Positions 1-8,191 of a DNA stretch of 35,148 nt are shown in pieces; position 1 is the first letter of the stretch, and every line of letters begins with the position of its first letter. Location of the stretch: IMG/VR virus record IMGVR_UViG_2718218452_000003. One strand, given 5' to 3'. The notes below the pieces were generated by a model. It was not told the origin of the DNA. It was given only the letters and a program-made list of their open reading frames with translations, and ran no database searches. This DNA comes from a virus. Taxonomy: Duplodnaviria > Heunggongvirae > Uroviricota > Caudoviricetes. The position numbers and the translations under genes are program-made.

Positions 1-141
1 TTACTGCTTACACTGTAAGAACGCCGCAAACTCCGCTCCCCAGAAGCTCATCCGTATTTCGCACAGCGAACCGTGCAGCATCCAGATGATGAGGATTGCC
101 GTCACGCAGAACGTGATGGCCGTAAGCGATTTTTGCGACAT
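1..141 (-). CDS. hok: Hok/Gef-family type I toxin peptide (46 aa)
   Basis: Reverse-strand ORF from ATG (141..139) to TAA (3..1) translates to MSQKSLTAITFCVTAILIIWMLHGSLCEIRMSFWGAEFAAFLQCKQ. It has one N-terminal hydrophobic helix and the SLCEIR signature of Hok/Gef toxins. AGGAG lies 8 nt upstream of the ATG. The 8..271 ORF overlaps it out of frame, a Mok-like arrangement. Too short to appear in the supplied ORF track. Confidence 0.6.
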   Translation of the reverse strand: MSQKSLTAITFCVTAILIIWMLHGSLCEIRMSFWGAEFAAFLQCKQ

Positions 142-331
142 AGCACTTGCTCCTTTTCAGGAGAGGCGCTAACCTTTCACTTGTCAAGGTAATGCGGTTA
201 GGGCCTCGGTTAAACAGAGATGTTTTCCGGGGCCTTTCCACATCTGGCCTTCGGGTATTCCCTCCGACCATCAGCCGAAAGGCACCCGCGCGTAATCTAT
301 CGCTTTTTTGTTACTCCGGCAATTCTGCTCG

Positions 332-592
332 TTAATTCTGAGATAAGGGCAAACTCATCTGATTGTTCCCCCTGTGTGAAGCTGGCAGAGCCTGCCACGG
401 TATGTCTTCTGAAGAATGAACTTCTGAGGTGTGTTTTGATGTGAACTTATGAAAAGCTTCCAGTGTTGAGAAGCATACGCCGCATTCCAGGTTATTACAC
501 TGGTAATACTTTTGCCGCACGGTGTTTGAGTCATTTTCCGGACGACTGGTGCGGATACGGGCAGACGCGCCACAAAGTGGACAACGGAACAT
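332..592 (-). CDS. ogr: Ogr/Delta-family zinc-finger late-gene transcription activator
   Basis: N-terminus MFRCPLCG...YQCNNLECGVCF gives a C-x2-C-x22-C-x4-C zinc finger typical of P2 Ogr. GGAGG RBS precedes the ATG at 592. Sits beside gpD as in P2. Confidence 0.8.
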   Translation of the reverse strand: MFRCPLCGASARIRTSRPENDSNTVRQKYYQCNNLECGVCFSTLEAFHKFTSKHTSEVHSSEDIPWQALPASHRGNNQMSLPLSQN

Positions 593-1016
593 AGCGACCT
601 CCCTTAACGTGGTGTTTCTATTATTCTAAGTTGTACTAATACTGATTCCAACTAACTGCTTGCTTTGAGTGAAAACCAGAAGTTTGCAGTTGAATTTTCA
701 CTGAGTAAGTAGTCGAGATTGACTATGCACTAGTAGGATTATTCTACGTGATTGAAGGCAACTTGTTGGTATGTAGATGATTTTACTGGTGGCAGTGTTG
801 TAAGTTTTTATCTCCCCGGTTTGTCTTTGACGCTATCTACTAGTTATTTAGTCGTGCTAAAATAAAACGCTGATTGAGTTCCTTTGGGTTAGGTTGATAA
901 CTCTCAGAGACTTTGGGAGGTGTAAGATTCGAACTTAATCGCTAAGTTTCATACTCTTGGCACTCGTTTGCCTCTACAAAAGTATGTTTTTTAACACAAA
1001 TAAAAGAAGTGCATTT

Positions 1017-2429
1017 ATGAGTATTCAACATATAAAAGTTGGCAGTATATCAGAAATTATTGATCTATCATCTAATTCTGGCGAGCATGCTGATTCTCAT
1101 CCTTTTATCCTCTCGAAGAACTGTGTATGGGGAGAACAGGGGGCAGAAATATCAATTGAGAAATTGCGCCAAAATATTGAGCCCTGGCTAACAGCTCTCT
1201 TCCAATCAGAGCATTTAAATTTATTAATCGGTGCAGGCTTAAGCTCGGCTATTCAAAAATCAGCTACAGGTTTATCTCCAGTAGGGATGGGGTGGATTAA
1301 TGATTTAAAAGTATGTAAAAGCGAAATAGATGAATTTTCCACTCAGGCTGCAAAAGCTGCAGGTCGCGACAGAGGAAATATAGAAGACCAAATTAGAACT
1401 ATCAATGAACTTATTAAAGGTCTCGAAATTTTAACGGTGTTAAATACTCCTCAACCAGAAAATCCGCCACCTCCTTATTCTGCTTATAGAAACTTAAAAG
1501 CAGACTTGGGCGAGCTCAAAGGCGAGCTTTCTAGATGCTTGGGGGAGTTTTCTAAATCTATAATTAAAGGAGAATATTTAATCAAAACTGCTGAACCAGC
1601 CCGGAAAGAGGAAACTTTCAACTATCTAGTTAGTTTTTTGATGAGCTTTGCAAGTAGAACTGCCACTCGCGATAGGCTACATATCTTTACAACAAATTAT
1701 GACCGTATTATTGAAGTGGGTGCTGAGCTTGCTGGTTTAAGACTTATTGATCGCTTTGTAGGAAGTATTGCTCCAGTATTTCGATCCTCAAGATTAGAAG
1801 TTGATTATCATTATAATCCTCCTGGAATCCGTGGTGAACCAAGATACTTGGAGGGCGTGGCACGTTTTACTAAACTTCATGGTTCCCTTGATTGGCATGA
1901 ACAAAATAATGCGATTAGGCGCTTTGGCTTACCCTTTGGAGCACGTTCTGTTGAGCCGTTTTTGGAAGCCGAAGGTCATCAAAGCAATGGCTATGAAAAA
2001 CTGATGATTTACCCTAATTCAGTAAAAGACAGAGAAACAGCCGAGTATCCTTATGTTGAGCTATTTCGAGATCTGGCAGCAGCAACTAGCCGTCCAAATA
2101 GCACATTAGTCACTTATGGTTATAGCTTTGGTGATGAGCATATCAATAGAGTAATTGAAGACATGCTTACGGTACCTTCCACTCATATAGTAATAATAGC
2201 CTTTGGCGATCCACTTGGCAGAATTATGCGTTTCATTAGTAATAGTGGAAGAAAAGCACAGATCACCCTTTTAATGGGAGATCATTTAGGAGACTTCAAA
2301 ACTTTAGTTGATAACTATTTACCTAAACCAGCTATTGATAAAGCATCAATCAAGATGGCAGAGTTGCTCAAACAAAGAGGCTTTATGCAGTTCAAAGAGT
2401 TAGGTAATTCAGCCGAAGTTGAGGTATGA
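1017..2429 (+). CDS. SIR2-family (sirtuin-like) NAD-binding protein, putative NADase effector of a SIR2-HerA defence module
   Basis: Translation carries GAGLS (DNA 1230..1244), TTNYD (1689..1703) and KLHGS with the catalytic-type His (codon 1878..1880). Start chosen at ATG 1017; the track ORF begins at TTG 957. Stop overlaps the downstream gene start. Low GC compared with the phage backbone. Confidence 0.75.
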   Translation: MSIQHIKVGSISEIIDLSSNSGEHADSHPFILSKNCVWGEQGAEISIEKLRQNIEPWLTALFQSEHLNLLIGAGLSSAIQKSATGLSPVGMGWINDLKVCKSEIDEFSTQAAKAAGRDRGNIEDQIRTINELIKGLEILTVLNTPQPENPPPPYSAYRNLKADLGELKGELSRCLGEFSKSIIKGEYLIKTAEPARKEETFNYLVSFLMSFASRTATRDRLHIFTTNYDRIIEVGAELAGLRLIDRFVGSIAPVFRSSRLEVDYHYNPPGIRGEPRYLEGVARFTKLHGSLDWHEQNNAIRRFGLPFGARSVEPFLEAEGHQSNGYEKLMIYPNSVKDRETAEYPYVELFRDLAAATSRPNSTLVTYGYSFGDEHINRVIEDMLTVPSTHIVIIAFGDPLGRIMRFISNSGRKAQITLLMGDHLGDFKTLVDNYLPKPAIDKASIKMAELLKQRGFMQFKELGNSAEVEV

Positions 2430-2431
2430 CA

Positions 2432-4465
2432 ATGAGTTATTTACCAATAGAAAAAATAGAACAACTAAGAATTGGAACTGTTGAGTTTGTATCACCTAAT
2501 GAAATTAGGGTGTCTTTAGAGATTGATTCTCCTGATTCAGTATCACTTCAAGGTGGGGCGCCTCGTAATTTTCCTAGAATAAATAGTTATATTTTAATCC
2601 GTAGTGATGACGGGTTTCTTGTTGGGCAAGTTGAGTGGATTGCAATAGAAAACTCGCCATATCCCAAAAGAAGAGGCTTACAAGATTTTGGGTTGATAGA
2701 CCTTCCTTTCCCACTTAAAAAGCTCAGTATCAATCCAGTTGGTACATTGAGAGTTGATAGAAAAAACGAAGGTTTCAGGTTCACGAGAGGAACTGATGCT
2801 TTCCCTTCGGTTGGTGACTCTGTGCTTTTGCCTACTGACCGACAATTACAATCAATAATTGAATCAGGTGATAATAGAAGGGTAAAAATAGGGGATAGCC
2901 CCCTAGCTAACAATGCTGAAATAAAAGTAGACCCCGATAGACTTTTCGGACGACATATAGCTGTTTTAGGTAATACGGGTAGTGGTAAATCATGTTCGGT
3001 GGCCGGCTTAATTCAATGGTCTCTTGATGCTGTTTTACAACAGGGAAAATCTCCAAATGCTCGATTTATAATACTTGATCCGAACGGAGAATATAGTAGA
3101 GCTTTAGGGCCAGAATCAAGATATAAGGGTAAACTATTACGTGTAGAGGCTAACATCGATGTCGGAGAGATGGATCTTAAAGTACCTTCATGGTTATGGA
3201 ATAGTTCTGAGTGGGCTGCTTTCACTCAAGCAAGTTCAAAGGTGCAACTTCCTTTACTACGTCGTGCTTTGAGGGCAATGAGGAATAATCTTCTATCAGA
3301 AGATGATGTGAAAATTCAAGCCAAACGCTTTTGCGGTATCCTTCTTGTATCTATGAGACAGCAGGCAAGTCAAGGTCAGATATATGTGAATAGTGGATCT
3401 GCTAAAGGTTTGGTTGAAACTTTGGGTTCTTGGAGAGATAGTATTTCTATCTTAAACGAGAGAATTGTTGATAAATCGCTCGATAAGCTAATAAACACAA
3501 TAAATACGTATCTTTCTTCACGAAGTGGATCTTCTTGGCCAGCAAAGCCTGTTGTTTCCGAGATTGAGTTGTTGATTAATGGATTTAGAGATGCATATAC
3601 AGCTCTAGGGGGAGATGAACAAGAACTTCTTCCAAAAAGCGAAGATGCGCCTATGCGTTTTAAAGGCGATGATTTTGTCGCATATCTCGAAGCTCTGGCT
3701 CAAGAAACAGGTACAGAACAATTCGTGGAGTTTCTTTTGACTCGTATTCGAACAATGCTAGGTGACACTCGTATTAGTGCAGTAACCAATGATTCTGTAA
3801 AGCCTATAAGTTTAACTAATTGGTTAGACACTTTTCTCGGTAAAAATGAACAAGGATCTATAACTGTTATAGATTTATCTCTAGTACCAAATGAAATAAT
3901 TCATTTGGTAACAGCTGTAATTTCTAGGGTGGCTTTTGAAGCACTACAACGTTATCGAAGATTAAATGGAAGGCCGCTACCAACAGTTTTAGTTGCAGAA
4001 GAAGCGCATACGTTTATTAAACGTTACAAGGAAGATAGTGAAACTCAGTCAGTCTCTGATATATGTTGCAAGGTGTTTGAAAAGATTGCACGGGAAGGAA
4101 GAAAGTTTGGGCTAGGCCTTGTTGTTTCTTCCCAAAGGCCATCAGAGCTATCTCCGACGGTTTTATCTCAATGTAATACTTTTTTGTTGCACAGGATTAG
4201 TAATGATAGAGATCAAGAGCAAGTACATAGACTTGTTCCAGATAATATGAGAGGGCTGTTGAGAGAGCTGCCATCGTTACCATCTAGGCATGCTATTTTA
4301 CTTGGATGGGCTTCAGAACTTCCTGTTTTAGTTAGAATGAAAGAGCTTACTGAAAAACAACGACCGCAATCTGATGATCCTGATTTTTGGGATGTGTGGT
4401 CTGGCACTACAAAAGAACCTCGGAAAGTTAATTGGCAACAGATAGCTGATGATTGGCAAAGTTGA
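2432..4465 (+). CDS. HerA/FtsK-like P-loop ATPase, partner of the SIR2 protein
   Basis: Walker A VLGNTGSGKS (DNA 2969..2992), Walker B-like LVAEEAHTF and an SQRPSE motif, with an N-terminal barrel-like region. GAGG lies 8 nt upstream of ATG 2432; an alternative ATG at 2426 overlaps the SIR2 stop, suggesting translational coupling. Confidence 0.75.
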   Translation: MSYLPIEKIEQLRIGTVEFVSPNEIRVSLEIDSPDSVSLQGGAPRNFPRINSYILIRSDDGFLVGQVEWIAIENSPYPKRRGLQDFGLIDLPFPLKKLSINPVGTLRVDRKNEGFRFTRGTDAFPSVGDSVLLPTDRQLQSIIESGDNRRVKIGDSPLANNAEIKVDPDRLFGRHIAVLGNTGSGKSCSVAGLIQWSLDAVLQQGKSPNARFIILDPNGEYSRALGPESRYKGKLLRVEANIDVGEMDLKVPSWLWNSSEWAAFTQASSKVQLPLLRRALRAMRNNLLSEDDVKIQAKRFCGILLVSMRQQASQGQIYVNSGSAKGLVETLGSWRDSISILNERIVDKSLDKLINTINTYLSSRSGSSWPAKPVVSEIELLINGFRDAYTALGGDEQELLPKSEDAPMRFKGDDFVAYLEALAQETGTEQFVEFLLTRIRTMLGDTRISAVTNDSVKPISLTNWLDTFLGKNEQGSITVIDLSLVPNEIIHLVTAVISRVAFEALQRYRRLNGRPLPTVLVAEEAHTFIKRYKEDSETQSVSDICCKVFEKIAREGRKFGLGLVVSSQRPSELSPTVLSQCNTFLLHRISNDRDQEQVHRLVPDNMRGLLRELPSLPSRHAILLGWASELPVLVRMKELTEKQRPQSDDPDFWDVWSGTTKEPRKVNWQQIADDWQS

Positions 4466-4563
4466 GATGTTTAACCAATTTCCAGTGGGGCTATAAGCAG
4501 TGTCTCATATTTGAGATAGGAAGGAGCTGATTCCTTTCGATTGATACAGTACGAAATTATATA

Positions 4564-4589
4564 TGTCCGCTCTTGGCACAGAGCGGACA
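4564..4589. terminator. Hairpin between convergent HerA-like gene and gpD (9-bp stem TGTCCGCTC/GAGCGGACA)
   Basis: Perfect 9-bp inverted repeat with an 8-nt loop. AT-rich tract on the minus-strand side. Could terminate gpD or cargo transcripts. Confidence 0.4.
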
Positions 4590-4633
4590 GTCAGAAAACT
4601 GAAGGGGGTAGGCGTGCAATACATCTTAGCTGA

Positions 4634-5743
4634 TCAAGCTGTTTCTGCTATCCATTCCGGGATTTTTGCCTCAAGTTCAAGCTGCGTGGTAAAGCCGCTG
4701 TTATCAATGGTGTGCTCGGCTTTTGCAATAATCCAGTCCTGATTATCAATCTCGCTTTTAAATCCTGTTACCGTGCCATGCATTTCGGGGTAGAGTTCTG
4801 CTCGTCCACGTGCCAGCGTGATGGAGAATGATGCGGCTCCGCGTTGTAGTTGTTGCCACTTTGCCGCCGCTGCGCGTCTTGCTGCCTGCTCGTTCTGATA
4901 AGTCTTGCGTAACACAAACACATTGCCTTCCGCGCCTTCCATATAATCACCTTCACGGCTGCTGCTTTTCTCTTTTTTCGGTTTTGGCGGTTTGCGGCGT
5001 TTCACGCTGACTTTTTTCTTTTTCCCGTAATTAAGATCAAGCCAGTAAGCGCGTACCCCCGTATACGACTCGCGGTCAGCAATGCGGAACTGATGGCGAT
5101 CGCCGCTGCTGCGTGTGATGGCGAACGATGGCAACGGCTGGCCCTGTGCGTTCACGCCACCGCCGGGCATGATGAATAACAGATTACCGCTTTTTACTGT
5201 GGTGATTGCGCCCAGCATTTCCGCCATGCGCGTAAGGAAGGACATGTCACTTTCTTCGGTCTGGTCGGCGTGGTCGATTTCGATATCCATCAGCATTTCG
5301 CTGATTTGCGGTTTCAGACCGTACCGATGAGCGATGGCGGATACCACACGCTCAACGGTCACATCATGCCAGGACACCTCACGTTTAACGTTAAATTCAT
5401 CCCGAAAATCTGCGCTTCTGGCTGAAACAGTCAGCCTGTCCGGCGGTCCTTCGTGTGCGATTTCATCAACAATGTAAGTGCCTTTTTCTGTCAGCGGTTC
5501 GCCTTTCCAGCCAATGAGAACCGTCAGGCGCGCGCCCCGTGGCGCTAGCTGCAACTGACCATCCGCATCATCCAGCGTGATGGTGAGCTGGTCCGCCTCA
5601 AATCCCCGGTTGTCGGTCAGTGACAGGGTCATCAGGCGCTCTGCCACGCCTGACAGCGTTTTACCCTCCGCGAGAATATCAAAATCCGGCATTTTCACGG
5701 GGTCTGTGCCCTGACTGAGCAATTGCATGGTGGTATCGGTCAT
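4634..5743 (-). CDS. D: Tail protein D (late control gene D, baseplate hub-like)
   Basis: 370 aa from ATG 5743, with GGGAGGGA upstream. Includes a lysine-rich linker and a C-terminal ...TQLELE region typical of P2 gpD. The track ORF is extended upstream to 5875. Confidence 0.85.
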   Translation of the reverse strand: MTDTTMQLLSQGTDPVKMPDFDILAEGKTLSGVAERLMTLSLTDNRGFEADQLTITLDDADGQLQLAPRGARLTVLIGWKGEPLTEKGTYIVDEIAHEGPPDRLTVSARSADFRDEFNVKREVSWHDVTVERVVSAIAHRYGLKPQISEMLMDIEIDHADQTEESDMSFLTRMAEMLGAITTVKSGNLLFIMPGGGVNAQGQPLPSFAITRSSGDRHQFRIADRESYTGVRAYWLDLNYGKKKKVSVKRRKPPKPKKEKSSSREGDYMEGAEGNVFVLRKTYQNEQAARRAAAAKWQQLQRGAASFSITLARGRAELYPEMHGTVTGFKSEIDNQDWIIAKAEHTIDNSGFTTQLELEAKIPEWIAETA

Positions 5744-5900
5744 CTGTTCCCTCCCTGTGTGGCATGGTCGCATGTGCGTGCGGAGGGGGTTACTGCTTTT
5801 TGTTGTCGCCGGGTCGGGAGAACGGCGCAGGGGTGAGATTACGCGCGTGGTGGGTGATGATTGTTGCCGAATCATTTAACGGATACAAGGGGCTGAAGCT

Positions 5901-7085
5901 ATGAGTGAAACTCGTTTTCATGGTGCCCGTGTTACGGAAAATACCGACCTGGTAACAGCGATTAACGATGTTGATTCCAGCGTTATCGGTATCGTGGCAA
6001 CGGCGGATGATGCGGACGCGAAGCTGTTCCCGCTGAACAAGCCCACATTGCTGACCCGCGTCAATGACGTGCTGGGAAAATGCGGAACAACGGGGACGCT
6101 TTATCGTGCGCTTAAGGCCATCGCAGACCAGGTGAGCACAAAGGTGATCGTCGTTCGCGTGGCTGAACACAAAGAAGAAGACGGAAAGACGCAGGATCAA
6201 CTGGTTATCGGTGGTTCTGAGGATGACGGCAGCTATACGGGGATGTATGCGTTGCTTGTTGCAGAGCAGGATGAAAGCATCGGATACCGTCCGCGTATTC
6301 TGGCCGCGCCGGAGCTGGACACGGAGGCTGTAACAAAATCCCTGTGCGTGATTGCAGGTAAACTGCGCGCGTTTGTGTATGCCTCATGTCACGGCTGTAA
6401 CACGATGGCTGAGGCGATTACCTATCGCCAGAAATTCAACGAACGTGAGGTGATGCTCTTATGGCCGGACTTCATCGCCTACAACCCGAAAAGTGGCAAA
6501 AACGAAACGTTCCCCGCGCCTGCCTATGCGTGCGGCCTTCGTGCGTACATTGACCATGAGCAGGGGTGGCACAAATCACTGTCCAACGTTCCGGTTAAAA
6601 ATGTGCTGGGGATGTCGAGGCATGTGTTCTGGTCGTTGCAGGCCGAAGACAGCGATGCCAACAGCCTCAACAACAAAGAAATCACGACCATTATTCGTCG
6701 CAACGGGTTCCGCTTCTGGGGCAACCGCACACCGGAAACGAACGCCTACATCTTTGAGGTGTATACCCGAACCGCACAGGTGCTGGCTGATTCAATTGCG
6801 GAAGCGCAGTTTGAAACCATCGACAGTCCACTGACGCCTGCGAACGTGAAGGATGTTATCAGTGCCATCAGGGCAAAACTGGATTCGCTGGTTACTGCCG
6901 GGAAACTGATTGGCGCGGAGTGCTGGTATGACGTGGTGGATAACGGCACCACGGATTTACGTCAGGGGCGTGTGCGTATTCGCTACAAATATACGCCCGT
7001 TCCGCCACTGGAAGACATGGAGCTTTACCAGACGTTTACTGATGAATTCTTTGGTCCCGCATTTGCGGTGCTGGGAGGTGCCTGA
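5901..7085 (+). CDS. FI: Tail sheath protein FI
   Basis: 394 aa. Conserved sheath blocks such as FPLNKP, LRAF, WPDF, DQEQGWHK-like and RRNGFRFWGNRT match recalled P2 FI. Confidence 0.9.
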   Translation: MSETRFHGARVTENTDLVTAINDVDSSVIGIVATADDADAKLFPLNKPTLLTRVNDVLGKCGTTGTLYRALKAIADQVSTKVIVVRVAEHKEEDGKTQDQLVIGGSEDDGSYTGMYALLVAEQDESIGYRPRILAAPELDTEAVTKSLCVIAGKLRAFVYASCHGCNTMAEAITYRQKFNEREVMLLWPDFIAYNPKSGKNETFPAPAYACGLRAYIDHEQGWHKSLSNVPVKNVLGMSRHVFWSLQAEDSDANSLNNKEITTIIRRNGFRFWGNRTPETNAYIFEVYTRTAQVLADSIAEAQFETIDSPLTPANVKDVISAIRAKLDSLVTAGKLIGAECWYDVVDNGTTDLRQGRVRIRYKYTPVPPLEDMELYQTFTDEFFGPAFAVLGGA

Positions 7086-7597
7086 TGGCTGTACCAAAAC
7101 ATCTTCGCTTTTTTACGTTGTTTGTGGATGGTGAAAACGAAGTGGGTAAAGTGACATCCGTCACGCCGCCCAAACTGACGCGCAAAACCGACAGCTATCG
7201 TGGTGGTGGCATGATGGGGGCGGTAAGTATTGATCTCGGTCTGGACGACTCCGCGCTTGATGCGAGTTTTGTTATGGGGGGGGCTGTTCGTGCGCTGTTC
7301 CTTAAATATGGCGGCACGATTGACGGCACGCTGCTGCGTTTTGCGGGTGAATACTACACCGATGCAGAAAGCGATCTGTATGAAATCGAGATGCGCGGAC
7401 GTGTGACGGAAATTGATATGGGGGAAGCCAAACAGGGCGAAGCCACATCACACACTTACGCTGTCAAAAACACCTACTACAAGCTGAGCGTTAACGATCG
7501 CCCGCTGTGGGAAATCGACCTGTTGAACCACATCTACCGGAAGGACGGCAAGGACATTGTGCCTGACCGTATCCGTTCCGCGCTTGGGCTTGGCTGA
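7085..7597 (+). CDS. FII: Tail tube protein FII
   Basis: 170 aa. Start overlaps the FI stop (TGATG). Contains PPKLTRK...YRGGGM and GEAKQGE blocks like P2 FII. Confidence 0.9.
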   Translation: MAVPKHLRFFTLFVDGENEVGKVTSVTPPKLTRKTDSYRGGGMMGAVSIDLGLDDSALDASFVMGGAVRALFLKYGGTIDGTLLRFAGEYYTDAESDLYEIEMRGRVTEIDMGEAKQGEATSHTYAVKNTYYKLSVNDRPLWEIDLLNHIYRKDGKDIVPDRIRSALGLG

Positions 7598-7652
7598 TAA
7601 GTAATATGCAGGCGGCGCAGTGCGTCGCCTCTGACTGAAAAGGAGACAACTG

Positions 7653-8027
7653 ATGAAAGACATCGATACTGAAACCCGGAATAACACCGTGGCGGATGAT
7701 GTGACGGCAGGTGAGGATATGGCTGTCGAACGTGGCGTAAAACTTTCCCGGCCAATTGAGCGTGGTGCCGAAAAAATCACATATGTGGAAATCACCGGGG
7801 CTATTGAGCAGGCGGGATCCCTGCGTGGTCTGTCGCTGTCTGATGTGCTGAATCTGAAAGCGGATACCATGTTCACGCTGTTGCCTCGCGTGACCTCGCC
7901 ACGACTGGATGAAGTGATGATTAAAAAAATGTCGTCACGCGATTTTATTCAGTTGTGCGCTGTGGCTGTAAATTTTATGAGCGAGCCAGACTCTGGCGCG
8001 AAGAGCGTGCAGGAGACGGCAGCGTAA
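7653..8027 (+). CDS. E: Tail assembly chaperone E (zero-frame product)
   Basis: 124-aa ORF in the conserved position between the tube and tape-measure genes. Confidence 0.75.
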   Translation: MKDIDTETRNNTVADDVTAGEDMAVERGVKLSRPIERGAEKITYVEITGAIEQAGSLRGLSLSDVLNLKADTMFTLLPRVTSPRLDEVMIKKMSSRDFIQLCAVAVNFMSEPDSGAKSVQETAA

Positions 8028-8191
8028 TTACCCTGGTGTGCTTTGAGCACATCGAAGATCTGGTGGCGGATATTGCCGCCATTTTTAACTGGTCGCCCGC
8101 CGAAATCTTCATGATGACGCCCGGCGAAGTGGTTAGCTGGCGTGAGCGGGCGGCACTTCGCAGCGGGAATGTAGATAATGAAGACTCTTGA
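7653..8191 (+). CDS. E': E+E' tail chaperone fusion made by programmed -1 frameshift at A-run 7923..7929
   Basis: A run of seven A at 7923..7929 in the E frame (ATT AAA AAA ATG). The -1 frame is open from 7925 to the stop at 8189..8191 and overlaps the T start. This mirrors P2 E/E' and lambda G/GT. Confidence 0.65.

Noticed and set aside
957-1016. TTG start at 957 for the SIR2-like gene
   Set aside because: The first 20 codons have no RBS and encode a hydrophobic, non-conserved leader. ATG 1017 is preceded by a purine-rich tract and gives a typical SIR2 N-terminus. The true start still needs experimental or comparative confirmation.
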